Notes: generated by a model from the sequence alone, not told the origin. Positions 1-12,385 are shown, numbered from the whole stretch's first letter. The stretch: 63,390 nucleotides of DNA, filler included, from Octopus bimaculoides (GCF_001194135.2; 7 parts of 6 records of this genome joined end to end with filler, not necessarily neighbours in it); one strand, 5' to 3'. Translations and numbers: made by a program.

Positions 1-1358
1 AGAGAGAGAGAGAGAGAGAGAGATTCAGTACGGTATATAATGCCAGTTGCTAAAATCAGAGCCAATGCTTCCAAAACCACCATGAATTCACGACAAAGAT
101 ACGCATGAGAAATGCAACAAACATATATGAGAGATAGGCTTAGCTTTCTGTTGAGAAAAATTTGTTTTAAAGAAATTGGGTAAAATTTGGGTACGGTTTG
201 GGTGTACGCTTATAAATAGTTTTCTTAGTTAAACAATTAAACGTGATTGAGATGTTCATTAATTAGTGCTAATCCATGCGATCCTCACTGTCTTTTAATT
301 CCGATGTGGTCGTTTTATTTTCTGGTAAATCTAGCTAGATTAGTAGCTTTAATATTTTTTTTTATTAAAGATGAAATATTAGTGCCACAAGGGAAGGTCC
401 CTCCTTTCAATACAATCGAAAAAAGTAGAGAGAGTATGAATATTTCAACTCCTTCAACAACCCCAAATCAACCAGAGAAAGGTTTAGCACAGTCCCACAT
501 GTTAAGGTGTGTTGAGATGGAGGATAGTCTACGACATCGATTTTAGAATGAACCAGTTACCGATTTTATAAGCCTGGTATTCATATTATCAGAAAAGTTG
601 GACACAAAACTATCTTCGTTGTTTATTTAATGTATGCGGCCACCACCAACAGGAATAAATATTAACAATCGTGTATTCAAATGCTAAAATTGACTTTTAC
701 CATTTCCTGAATTTTTCGTGCAGCTTTATCTCCTCAGCCGTGTTTCCGTAAAGTATAATTTTCTTTATTCTTAAGAATCCCTTGGGACATATTTTTAATG
801 TTTATTTTACTCCACCATCACCACCGCCATTTATATAAAATCTACTCCTCGTAGACTAAAATCTTGTATCTGTTTCTGTTTTCTTATAATCAATAAAATA
901 ATTGCATGTGAGAGTTACCAACTGTTTCAACTAAGTGGATTTTTGCTAATCCGAATATAAGTTGAAAAGAAGTTTAGTAATCCGTCTGTTGAAATGACCA
1001 ATTATGGTGGACATAGTGGGCTGAACCACAAGCTGTTACGTTAAATTGTAAAAGGAGGAAGCAGACATAAAATAAATGAACTGGTCAACACCAATGTTTC
1101 CGCTATGAAGAATTATTGATTAAATTTGACAGTTCGTCTCATGTGATCGATATATTTTCAGTGTAATCTCCGTTATCAACCATTGATTTTATTGACGCAA
1201 TTGAGTTTAGTTTTGTTTGATATTAACTAAATAAATTCAGTTGATTATGTTGAACAAACACAAGTGTAGTGTAAAGAGGTAAGCTCTAGATTAGTCTCTA
1301 TTTTTAGTCGATATCACATATATCTAGAAATGCAGTGAACACTGCATATGATATCTTA

Positions 1359-1975
1359 GGATCTTTTTTAAAACGGGGGCCACATTTTTCATTAACGAAA
1401 CACTTTGAAACTTGGAACACTGGTAGAATGTGTCATATAAAACATCTTTTTCTCTTAGTTTTCTTTAAAAAAAAAGAAATCCATAAATTATTCCATGTTA
1501 AAGTTGTCGTATTTCTGTAATTTCAACCAATCACTGACGTCCATTCAGCCGATATACATTAAGTGCCGACTACATAAACAAACGATTCTGAAACAATTAA
1601 CCCTAACCCTAACCCTAACTCTAATCCTAACTCTAACCCTAGGGTTAGGGTTAGGGTTAGGGTTAGGGTTAAGGTTAGGGTTAAAGCAAATTTAAAATGA
1701 AAAAAGCAAATAAAACGAAGGTATGGAGATTAAATACGCTTTACATCGCTTAATGAGCAAAAAGGAGTAAAGGTAAACAACTGAATACTTGTCAGTGATT
1801 GGTTGAAATTATCGAAATAAGACAATTTTTTACATGAAATAAATTCGAACACAAAAATATTCTTCTGTTGTATAACAGAAAATAGATAAGTATACGAAGT
1901 TTGAAAGTCTTTCGGTACCAAAAACACTACGTAAAACATTAATGAAAAATGTGGCCCCCGTTTTAAAAAAGATCC
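1359..1975. mobile_element. Non-autonomous DNA transposon (MITE), Merlin-like
   Basis: Perfect 37-bp TIRs GGATCTTTTTTAAAACGGGGGCCACATTTTTCATTAA at 1359-1395 and (reverse complement) 1939-1975. 8-bp direct repeat ATATCTTA at 1351-1358 and 1976-1983 (TSD). Inner imperfect inverted repeat at about 1485-1538 vs 1791-1845. 5'-GG termini with an 8-9 bp TSD are the established Merlin/IS1016 signature; hAT also makes 8-bp TSDs but usually starts CA/TA. Confidence 0.85.
1597..1684. repeat. Interstitial telomeric repeat, head-to-head palindrome (CCCTAA)~7 / (TTAGGG)~7
   Basis: taaccctaaccctaaccctaactctaatcctaactctaaccct|agggttagggttagggttagggttagggttaaggttagggttaa, with the symmetry axis between 1640 and 1641. 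Confidence 0.95.
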
Positions 1976-2804
1976 ATATCTTATTCTGCCTATGCTAACA
2001 AAAGGAAATGGCTGATGATGAATTTGTCGAATATATTTTATACAATGTATAGTGACATTCACTTAATTCACAACAAACCGGATATCACAAGAATTTATTT
2101 TTCAACATAAATGCCAACAGACTACTGAGAATCATATTATTTAGGCGTAGGCATGAACCTCGTTTTCGTGTAGACTGTATAGAGATACTCAAACAGGTGG
2201 ATCTCAGTTCACGCAATGCCATGAATACGAGACGATTCCCCTGATAATACACGATAATGAGACATTTTTATAAAATTACAAACGTAAGGAACATTCGTAG
2301 ATATTGCAGTTCATATTCAATGAAATATATGAGAATGTATTTCATTCTTACTACTAGAAATAGCAGCTAAATTTTCAGCAAATGACACCACACAGTCTTA
2401 AACGTGGACATGACACACAAGTGAATGTGTTTGCAGATAACAATGTACACTACCAAGTCGGACACCCTAGACATTAAGGTCTTCTTCATAGTATTAGTGA
2501 GTCAGTCACTGATAAATTAAACATGTGTACAATTTTCAGCTTCAATTTCGCCTTTAATGCGAGACTGGAGTATCATCTTTAGTGAATTTCGTTGTGACTG
2601 AAGGTGAACTCTTCCTTGACCTTTCCAAGGTAATTTAACACTAATTTCTCCTTGATAAAAATATAAATATTTATATATTTACATTCCTCTACACGAGTAA
2701 AAGTAATTTTGTTTAATATACGTGATTGGTCCCAAATTCCAATTTTCAGGAAAAAATAAAGACATACACACATGATTTATATATATATATATATAATATA
2801 TATA

Positions 2805-2839
<35 letters not shown>

Positions 2840-3045
2840 NNNNNNNNNNNNNNNNNNNNNNNNNNNNNNNNNNNNNNNNNNNNNNNNNNNNNNNNNNNNN
2901 NNNNNNNNNNNNNNNNNNNNNNNNNNNNNNNNNTGGGACACCGTACGAGTGGAAACACATATGAAAGAAGGCTTGAAAATGCAATTCCAAAGACATCCAT
3001 GCACCTAACCGGCTTCACCCCACCAGGCACTGGTCAAGCAAATAA

Positions 3046-3083
<38 letters not shown>

Positions 3084-4384
3084 CTAAGGCTATAGTATAA
3101 GATACTTGCTGATCTTGTAACGCTGCGGAGCTGAACCCGGAACCGTGAAATCCAAAGTTTTAATTTGTATTGTGATTTTGCTTCATATTATCAGCCCCGA
3201 ATTAATAAAGAGTAAAGCGTTACACGAACCCATCACAGGGAGAGAAAAAGTTCTATGAAAACTTGCTCTGTGTGTCATGTCATTACACTGGCCACATTTA
3301 AATCACATAATACATGACCTTCGATTCTGTCTGAACTATGAACCCTTTTAATTAAAATGAATCTGATTAAATCTGTAGTCATGAAGCACGGAACATTAGA
3401 GTTAATAGCGACGGAAACTAATACGATAACAGCAATAAATACGTTTTTGCTTTATTGTATCAACATGCTAATTTCTTTTTTTTTTTTTTTTTNNNNNNNN
3501 NNTTTTTTTTTTTTGTTTTATATCATGGATATTGCTATCTTCCATTTTTTGTTAGTAAAGTACATAGATATTAACGACGTGGAATTGAGTAGGCTATAAA
3601 TATCAGCGTATCGATCGAAAACATCAGTAACAGTCTCATCGATCATTTCCCTTGCAAACTTTTTACATCAGACTGGGGAAGAGATAACGTTTCAGTCTGG
3701 CTGCCGTATTAGCCGTGAAATTATGATGAAAATTCGCTCCATTACTTGCTTAGAACTGAGTAATATCAAGTGCGTGCCGCAACTTCTAAATCAGTAGGTT
3801 GGTCTACGTGTGTTGGCAACACTACTTAATCTAATTAAGTATTCTTTTGTTTTCAATAATATCCCTTTGAGATACGTTAATTCGTCTTTGAGATAAAAGA
3901 AGAGTGTTGTAAAATAAAACAAAATGAAATTAAAAATGAACATCAAACAAAATACGTTTTATGTTGAAAATAAAATATTAAGTTTCACAGCTGGAACCTC
4001 TTTTCTGTTATGTGTGGTACTGGGAATCGCCACCAGGTTGCGCTCTTCTGAGTCTCGAAATTTCGCCGTCTTTCTTTACACCTATTTCTTTTCACTTACG
4101 TCACTAAACAACAGAGTGAAATATCAATATTGCAAATCTAAATATGAGTGTTATTGTGAATTTGATAAGTGAATAATATTAGAGTGGTTCGAATATAGTA
4201 GAGTTACTGATAGTAATGTTATTGCTATAAAATAATTCTACACGGTGCAGTCGATTTAGCTGGAAGAAGGTGCCATGCTAGATGAGCATGGTGTTATATA
4301 ATATGGAATATCATATAAGGAAGACACTGTACATTGACGGCAGTTGTTCGCAGCTGGATTTCTATGATTGATATTGATTATTTA

Positions 4385-4734
4385 CAGGGGAGGGGTGAAT
4401 AGACTACATCAACCCAAGTGCTCGACCGGTACTTATTTTATCGATCCTTAGGGGATAAAAGGTAAATTTCACCCCGGTGTAATTTGAATTCTGAAGAAAG
4501 ACCTGCTAAGCAGTCTGTCCGGCATGCAGCCAATTCTACAATCTCGCTGTCTTACTCTATAGCAAATATTGGTTTCAAACGTTGAGACAAGGTTTCGAGA
4601 AAGGGGCTAAATCAATTATGTTGACCCTAGTGCACAACTGGTATTTATTTCATTGATGCTGGAAGGATAAAAGACAAATTCAACCTCGGTGAAATTTCAA
4701 CTCACAACCATAAATTAGGACGTAATCCCTCTAA
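4385..4734 (-). mobile_element. Two tandem degenerate copies of SINE family A
   Basis: Reverse-complement similarity to the fresher copy at 12389-12600 (tgagttcaaattccgccgaggtcgactttgcctttcatcc...aagtaccagtt...ggggtcgat core). Confidence 0.7.
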
Positions 4735-5395
4735 ATTTGACCTCGGTGAAATGTATATATATNNNNNNNNNNNNNNNNNNNNNNNNNNNNNNNNNNNNNN
4801 NNNNNNNNNNNNNNNNNNNNNNNNNNNNNNNNNNNNNNNNNNNNNNNNNNNNNNNNNNNNNNNNNNNNNNNNNNNNNNNNNNNNNNNNNNNNNNNNNNNN
4901 NNNNNNNNNNNNNNNNNNNNNNNNNNNNNNNNNNNNNNNNNNNNNNNNNNNNNNNNNNNNNNNNNNNNNNNNNNNNNNNNNNNNNNNNNNNNNNNNNNNN
5001 NNNNNNNNNNNNNNNNNNNNNNNNNNNNNNNNNNNNNNNNNNNNNNNNNNNNNNNNNNNNNNNNNNNNNNNNNNNNNNNNNNNNNNNNNNNNNNNNNNNN
5101 NNNNNNNNNNNNNNNNNNNNNNNNNNNNNNNNNNNNNNNNNNNNNNNNNNNNNNNNNNNNNNNNNNNNNNNNNNNNNNNNNNNNNNNNNNNNNNNNNNNN
5201 NNNNNNNNNNNNNNNNNNNNNNNNNNNNNNNNNNNNNNNNNNNNNNNNNNNNNNNNNNNNNNNNNNNNNNNNNNNNNNNNNNNNNNNNNNTGTAACATCT
5301 TTGTCCCGGCCCCTTTGAGAAAAAACAAATTTATAGTTGAGTATTAAGGATTCTTTTGGTTCTTATAATTTTAACAGAACAACTTCAGAAACAGA

Positions 5396-5456
<61 letters not shown>

Positions 5457-5497
5457 TTAATAATAATAATAATGATAATAATAATAATAATAATAAT

Positions 5498-5765
5498 GCC
5501 TACATGAATCAGTGCCTTTTGAGTAGTAACCAAAATTATAGACAAATGGCGGCAGGAAATCAGAAGAGAATGCCCGGTAGAGCTCTTGCAAACATTTTGT
5601 CTCTGAGGGACATTAAGAATTATCAGGAGGCTTCCGAGGACTTGAAAAACAACGGAAAACTTGTGGATACCTAAGGTTACAGTTAGTAACCCGCTACCCA
5701 CATAAGCCCTACCAGGAATAAGACAGAACCTGAGTCAAACTAAAATAATAATAATGATAATAATA
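5498..5765 (+). mobile_element. 3' end of an RLE-type non-LTR retrotransposon (R4/Dong/HERO-like) with (AAT)n tail
   Basis: Manual translation VVTKIIDKWRQEIRRECPVELLQTFCL*GTLRIIRRL matches the C-terminal ..LQK..LLGTARI.R pattern of RLE-clade LINEs. A short UTR and an AAT tail follow. Confidence 0.6.
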
Positions 5766-5770
5766 AATTT

Positions 5771-6010
5771 CTTTGGAAACTTAGTCTTTAAACTGATTGT
5801 AAGATACAGGGTAACAGACCAGATATTTTGGTGAACAATTATATTAGCAAAACATATATGTTTCTAGATGTATCAATCCCAGCAGGCTGCAACACTTTTC
5901 AAAAAGCACTTGAAAAGTGAAGTAAAAATAAGGACCTTAAAATAATGGTCTCATAAATGCTATATCTAAGAACCGGAGCTTTGGCGACAGTACTAGTTGG
6001 TACACTGAAA
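5771..6010 (+). mobile_element. Degenerate restriction-like endonuclease (RLE) domain of an R4/Dong/HERO-like LINE
   Basis: From 5792: TDCKIQGNRPDILVNNYISKTYMFLDVSIPAGCNTFQKALEK*SKNKDLKIMVS*M. This is the TD..I..NRPDI....IDVSIP...N....EK..KY.DL motif with in-frame stops. Confidence 0.8.
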
Positions 6011-6649
6011 ATTTTATATCAAAATACCAGTAAATCTCAAGGTATCAGACATAGAAATACTTGTACACTTTATCACTGTCCACATCCTTCGAAAAACATT
6101 GTCAATTTGAAAATACTTGATTGTCTTTGAAAACTGAAATATTACAAATGTAACAGAATGTTTGTTCTGGGATACTAATCTCCTTTCTATACACTATAAC
6201 ATTGCTAATCATAGTAAAATATCTACCTTATGTCTCTGGATTTAGAACAGCCTGTAGAAAGCAAATAAACTACAATAACATAAATAAGTTAGAAAAAACA
6301 TTTAATTCCGAATTAGTGATTTACAAGACTTTGTAATTAACGTAAACTGTTCCGATGTTATTGATAACTATAAGAATGTTGTTGTTAAGCGGGTTTCACT
6401 TATCATAAAGAATATGTGAAAGGGTTTACACAAAGTTTGTAACCCATTAAATGTAGTTTAAGATTCGATTCTTAAATCACATTTAAACGGTTACATTATC
6501 CATGTACTAATTATAACCGTACATGGATAATTATTTGTATTCTAATTGCGCGATAAATAGAGAGACACCAGAATTTTAAGCGCAGCCCCAAAATGAAAGT
6601 TATGAAATTAAGCACAAGATTCCGTAGTGAATATTTCCTGTAAAGGAGG

Positions 6650-6979
6650 CGGTAAACAGGCAGGATCGTTAAGCAAACCGGGGAAAATGCTTAGAAGGAT
6701 TACGTCCTAATTTATGGTTGTGAGTTGAAATTTCACCGAGGTCGAATTTGCCATTTATCCTTCCAGCGTCATTGAAATAAATACCAGTTGTGCACTAGGG
6801 TCAACATAATCGATTTAGCCCCTTTCTCGAAACTTTGTCTCAACGTTCGAAACCAATATTTGCTATAGAGTAAGACAGCGAGATTGTAGAATTGGCTGCA
6901 TGCCGGACAGACTGCTTAGCAGGTCTTTCTCCAGAATTCAAATTACACCGGGGTCAAATTTACCTTTTATTCCCTAAGG
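6650..6979 (+). mobile_element. Two tandem SINE family A copies (inverted duplicate of 4446-4734)
   Basis: 6691-6979 aligns by eye over about 289 bp to the reverse complement of 4446-4734, with scattered substitutions. Confidence 0.8.
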
Positions 6980-7235
6980 CGTAGGAGTGGTTGTGTGGTA
7001 AGTAGCTTGCCTACCAACTACATGGCCCCGGGTCCGCCCAACATCGATTGACAACCGATGCTGGTGTGTTTACGTCCCCGTTACTTAGCGGTTCGGCAAA
7101 AGAGATCGATAGAATAAGTACTAGGCTTACAAGGAATAAGTCCTGGGGTCGATTTGCTCGATTAAAGGCGGTGCTCTAGTATGGCCGCAGGCAAATGACT
7201 GAAACAAGTAAAAGAGTAAATAGTAAAGAGTATGT
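6977..7235 (+). mobile_element. tRNA-headed SINE family B, internally deleted
   Basis: Head aggcgtaggagtggttgtgtggtaagtagcttgc, body catcgattgacaaccgatgctggtgtgtttacgtcccc...gaataagtcctggggtcgatttg, tail ctgaaacaagtaaaagagta. Shared with 25585-25745 and 27911-28235. Confidence 0.85.
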
Positions 7236-8628
7236 CTGTGTGTGTATGTATGTATGCATGTATATTGTATACGTATGTAATATATATATGTATATATAAA
7301 CATATATATACACATATATAAACATATATATATAAACATATATAAACGTATATATAAACATATATATACACGCGTGTGCGTGTGCATGTATGTGTGTGTC
7401 TATGTCTTTGTGTCCGTCGGTCTTCTCTATAATTAGCGTATTAAAAAAGAAAATCGCAATTTTTTCTTGAAATGAAAGAAAAAAATTAAAAAGGGAAAAA
7501 AGCAGGAGGTTGGTAAATGATGAAACAATATTGAACGAATGTAGAAAATGTGCGAATGAATAAAATGACACGTCTTCAATGCTTTCATAGAAATCTCATG
7601 AATATCTAAAATTGACAATAACTACTATCACGGCAAACGGCATAATACTAGCATTCTTAACAGAAGAATCGAATCCAAATTTATTGATAGCATAGAAAAC
7701 AATGCGATTATTCTTTGCTGTCAATTCTCAAGAGATTCTCATAAGTAGGTGTATTACCGTTATTTCAGTTTTTTCTATTTTTTTTATTTTCGTCTTCGGT
7801 TTTGAACATAAAATCTCCCACTTTAAATACAGGATATCTTAGAAAAGTAATATGTCACAGAAACAAAGAATAGCAATTCTTTTTTATCAATACCCAACCT
7901 TATTGTAATTTGCCGAGTCCACCCCCACCCCCCACGAACGCCGGTCTCATCTTCTTTGTTTTTGTTCTTGTCTTGCATCACATTCTTGTAATTCTTTCAT
8001 TGTCATTTCCTTCCTCCTCTTTCTTCTGCAGTTTCTCGCTCTTCTTCTTCTTCTTCTTTAAAGCTCCACCTTCTGCTAGCTCTGCACCGCTTCCGCTCTC
8101 CATGATACACAATCTATCGATGTTCTACAATCAATCAAATGATGGTGGATTGTCTTATTGAAATTAATGTGCACCGAATTGATGTGAAATTCTGTCAGCC
8201 TTTCAATTTACCAGTCATACATCCGGTATCTATGGAAGTAATGCCAGACAGACAATGGCTTTTAATTTCGCCGATTTTGCCTAATATTTATTTTTGTTTC
8301 TTGCCACCAGAAGATTACGTGATGACTGAAAACATTAGCATTTCACAGACTAATAAATCAGAAAGATACTACATCACATGCTATTTACACGGAGCCAGTA
8401 CATTAAATACAGAGAATTTCCATCATTGAAATCATTGTCTGTGAACACAACTCAGACATTTACAGCCCTTAATATAACTACAAATATGTTGAACTCAAAT
8501 AAATCGATCGTTTAAACTCAGTTATGAATGAGCATCGTTCGCCAATTGTTAAATTAAAATTTATAGAATGATTTACTTGATTACGTAGAAAAACTCGAGT
8601 ACGTACGTATCGTAGTTCAAGATGGGAA

Positions 8629-8765
8629 GGATAACTTCCCTTGGCAAATACAGACAGGACACAGAGTTGTGTCGATAGCCAGCTGGAGGAGATGTCCTCC
8701 TGGGGCTAAAAGCAACAGTAACATCCACCCCTCGGGGTCAGCCACATTTAAGTGGCAAATATACT

Positions 8766-8770
<5 letters not shown>
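8629..8770 (+). mobile_element. 3' part of the hammerhead-associated short repeat seen at 26244-26584
   Basis: ggataacttcccttggcaaa...ccagctggaggagatgtcctcctggggctaaaagcaacagtaacatccacccct...gtggcaaatatact is near-identical to the reverse complement of 26244-26385. Confidence 0.85.
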
Positions 8771-8800
<30 letters not shown>

Positions 8801-9425
8801 TTATATATATATATATANNNNNNNNNNNNNNNNNNNNNNNNNNNNNNNNNNNNNNNNNNNNNNNNNNNNNNNNNNNNNNNNNNNNNNNNNNNNNNNNNNN
8901 NNNNNNNNNNNNNNNNNNNNNNNNNNNNNNNNNNNNNNNNNNNNNNNNNNNNNNNNNNNNNNNNNNNNNNNNNNNNNNNNNNNNNNNNNNNNNNNNNNNN
9001 NNNNNNNNNNNNNNNNNNNNNNNNNNNNNNNNNNNNNNNNNNNNNNNNNNNNNNNNNNNNNNNNNNNNNNNNNNNNNNNNNNNNNNNNNNNNNNNNNNNN
9101 NNNNNNNNNNNNNNNNNNNNNNNNNNNNNNNNNNNNNNNNNNNNNNNNNNNNNNNNNNNNNNNNNNNNNNNNNNNNNNNNNNNNNNNNNNNNNNNNNNNN
9201 NNNNNNNNNNNNNNNNNNNNNNNNNNNNNNNNNNNNNNNNNNNNNNNNNNNNNNNNNNNNNNNNNNNNNNNNNNNNNNNNNNNNNNNNNNNNNNNNNNNN
9301 NNNNNNNNNNNNNNNNNNNNNNNNNNNNNNNNNNNNNNNNNNNNNNNNNNNNNNNNNNNNNNNNNNNNNNNNNNNNNNNNNNNNNNNNNNNNNNNNNNNN
9401 NNNNNNNNNNNNNNNNNNNNNNNNN

Positions 9426-11618
9426 CGGAGACAGAAATAGTAAAGGAATCGATTATTATATCCATAGGCAGAGAATTATAGTATGAAGTGAGAGTGAGTG
9501 TGATGCGCTGAAAAAAGAAAGAAAGAGAAAACAGTACTTGGAGTTTAGTTTCATTCCAGTAGTAAGTATCCGTGTAAAGTAATCCTTGTGGGAATTTTCC
9601 GGAAATAGTTGCTGCAGCAAAGGCTGAAATAGCAGAGGTGGATATATGCCATATTGTGTCCGAGGTATATTGCTTGTGTTTACTTAAGGATGTCCCAAGT
9701 CAAGTGAGAGATGTGCGTAGGGTAAATAGGTCAAGTCTTAAAGACAGAATGGGAAGGGGATAGAGGAAAGATTCAGGTGGGGAATGGTAGTGGTATATTT
9801 TTATGGTCAGCTAATCTGACTGGACAGAGAGGATGAGTATTGTGAGGGACGGAGGAAGGGGGGTGAGGTTAAATGGTTTAGTGAGGAGGAAGGAATGCGC
9901 AGAAGTAGTATATAGGTGGTGGGGGTATGGGTGGCAAACCAAGGACAGTAATAAAGGAAAAGAGGAGTGAGATAGTAGTATCATATTCTAAAATATAGTT
10001 AAACCTAATTTACAGACGGTGGAATTGGGATCGAAAGTTACCAAGTAGCCTGTATGTGGTGATGGTGTTATAGGAAGTAGATTTGGGAATATATATATAG
10101 TAGTGATAGGATCTAAAACGAGAAATGAATCTATTCAAAAGATTATAAAAGATGGATGGTTTTGCCAGGTCGAATAGGTTGCCTATGGGGAGTCGTGCGA
10201 TTATGTTGCGTGATCGTTTGGGCATTTTTGTTTGTGATAAAATTTAAATTACGGAAAAAACGGTGATTGCAGGTGCTAAATGCTTCATTATATCGATTAA
10301 GTAGAGTGGGAGAATTGTATTTTAAAATATGGAACGCCTCCTTTAAGCAAAGCAGTTGGAGCGCTGGCCCTGGTATGGAGTTCCAGAATCTAAGATGGAC
10401 CATTTTAGAGTATATTGGGTATTTGTACTTTTGAGGTGATGAATGTGATTGGTTAATGTTGTAGATTTACTGTGTTTCTCATATCTAAAAGAGTGGAAAT
10501 GGGCTGTGTAGCGATGTTTGAAGTTTTTAGTTGCACCTATGTATATAGCAGTAGAGTTATGTAATAGATTTCTCACGGTGCATTTATATATTACGTTGTA
10601 TCTTACGCAATGTGTTTGAAGCGGGCAAATAGTCCCGGAGCGACAGTTACAAGTATAGGAGACTTGAGGGTTGCATCGGCTGGTGGGTTAGGTATTACTA
10701 TTGGAGGATATGTTATTGGGGGATGTGTAAGAATCTAGATCAATGGAATTATTATTATAGCTATTTGTCCTATCATTGTTATTATTGGTATTGTTATTAT
10801 CTAGAATATTAATGGGTTGGGATCTACTGTGGTTTTGTTCGAGTGTACGGGCGTTATTGTTGGAAGAACGTATATTGATGTCCGTGTTGGGTGTATGTGT
10901 GTGTCGGGTGTTGGCGCTAACGTAGTTATAGTTGCGTAAGTTTTGGTAATAGAGCAAAAGTTTATGTTTATTAGAAGTTGTTATAATAGATTCGAAGTTA
11001 GGAGTGGTAGAATACGACAATTTTAAAGTGGATCTGTCGAATATAGAGTGGTATTTGTGTTGTCGTGGGAAGTTAGAATCTAGTATTTTAAAGAAAGATT
11101 TGGCTAAGTTCCTAGTGTTAAGTGAGAATGGGGAGGGGGGTGTACCAAGGGATGGAGCGGCCACCGCTTTTTGGGGGGGTTCTATGCATGTTGTAATCGA
11201 GGTATTTAGGTGGAGGGCAGTTGTCTATATTTTGGGGGCGGCTAACTACTTTATACATCTTAGATTTAGCCCTAGTGTTATAAGTGTGTTTGTGCGGTCT
11301 ATTTGAATATGTGGGTGGTTGGTTGTGGTTGTGATTAATGTTATGTCCTTGGGGTGTGATTTGGGATATAAATTGTTTACGTCTGGTGTTATGGATGTAT
11401 TTTATTTGTTGGGAGAAACCACTAGCCGCTAGTGCTTGATTGTAGTATGGAGCGTGATTGTTAAAGATTTCTTCGGAAGAGGATAGATCAGATATGCGGG
11501 TTGAGATACCCATAATTATGTTATCGAAAGTAGATCTGTGGTGATTAGAGTGAATATTGAGGTATTTTAGGTACTGGTTGGGTTTATGATAGGGGTAGTG
11601 CTGCGAGTTAGATAGGTT
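9426..11618 (-). mobile_element. Penelope-like element (Naiad-type): RT thumb, Cys-rich linker, C-terminal GIY-YIG endonuclease and 3' region; frameshifted and cut by gaps
   Basis: Minus-strand translation: PYHKPNQYLKYLNIHSNH...GISTRISDLSSSEEIFNNHAPYYNQALAASGF (RT thumb); WYTP/PFSLNTRNLAKSFFKILDSNFPRQHKYHSIFDRSTLKLSYS; CNCRSGTICPLQTHC (about 10605-10650); IYIGATKNFKHRYTAHFHSF (GIY-YIG); C.LCLKE..LLNRYNE...CNH. Frameshifts near 11135 and 10350; stop near 10688. Confidence 0.92.
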
Positions 11619-11662
11619 NNNNNNNNNNNNNNNNNNNNNNNNNNNNNNNNNNNNNNNNNNNN

Positions 11663-11674
11663 TTAATTAATTAA
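11663..11674. other. Artificial scaffold linker TTAATTAATTAA (also at 32386-32397, 38750-38761, 41832-41843, 57158-57169, 60119-60130)
   Basis: Identical 12-mer with stop codons in all six frames, each flanked by exactly 44 N on both sides (100-bp cassette), six times in the window. Confidence 0.97.
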
Positions 11675-11718
11675 NNNNNNNNNNNNNNNNNNNNNNNNNN
11701 NNNNNNNNNNNNNNNNNN

Positions 11719-11750
<32 letters not shown>

Positions 11751-12335
11751 GCACACATATTGCGTGTGTGTGTGTGTGCACGTGTATTTTCATGCGTATC
11801 TGTGGCGTTGTACTGCAGACTGTCTGACATTCACAAAAGGCTACACCATTGTCAAAACCAAATTACACAAATATATGAAGCTTAGAAGAAAGGAAAACAG
11901 CATTGAGGAGGAAACGTGCAATGGGGACCATCAACTGCGGCCACTCTCACGAATCTTCAACAAACAGACGAATCGCGGAGATGAGTTACAACCCGTGAGT
12001 CATAAGTCATTACAGAAGTTGACTTTCCAATACCCAAAGACTTATATTGCCTGTTGTAAAGCTTTAAAATTAAAACTGTTAATTGCACATAAACTTATTC
12101 TATCAGGCATCTAGAAGAATGAGTCTGCAATTTTGTATAAATTTTGGCAGACGATAATCACAAGAAGTAGTGGCAAAGGAGTAAATAAGCGTCAATAATT
12201 CTTTGGTAAATTTATAAAATATTTTGAACCTACATTCAAAGGTAGAGAATGATATCATTTGCGTATTAATCTTATATAGAGGAGGATTTTGGATGTGATA
12301 CTGAAGAAGGAGCAATAACTCTTGAAATATGCATA

Positions 12336-12385
12336 TACAGTAATCCCTCGCCACATCGCTGTTCACATATTGCGGTTTATTATTT
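12336..12385 (+). mobile_element. Possible Tigger/pogo-like terminal fragment
   Basis: TA followed by CAGTAATCCCTCGCCACATCGC, resembling a CAGT-start pogo/Tigger TIR. No partner TIR found. Confidence 0.4.

Noticed and set aside
1597-1684. Chromosome end-to-end fusion site or true telomere
   Set aside because: Very short and sits symmetrically inside a TIR/TSD-bounded element, so it is better explained as transposon cargo.
7930-8103. Minus-strand MESGSGAELAEGGALKKKKK... reading frame
   Set aside because: Short, purine-rich low-complexity sequence with an early stop and no recognisable domain or splice support.
10340-10655. Selenocysteine (UGA) recoding in the Naiad-type PLE
   Set aside because: The conserved Cys positions read TGT/TGC. 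The interruptions are ordinary frameshifts and stops.
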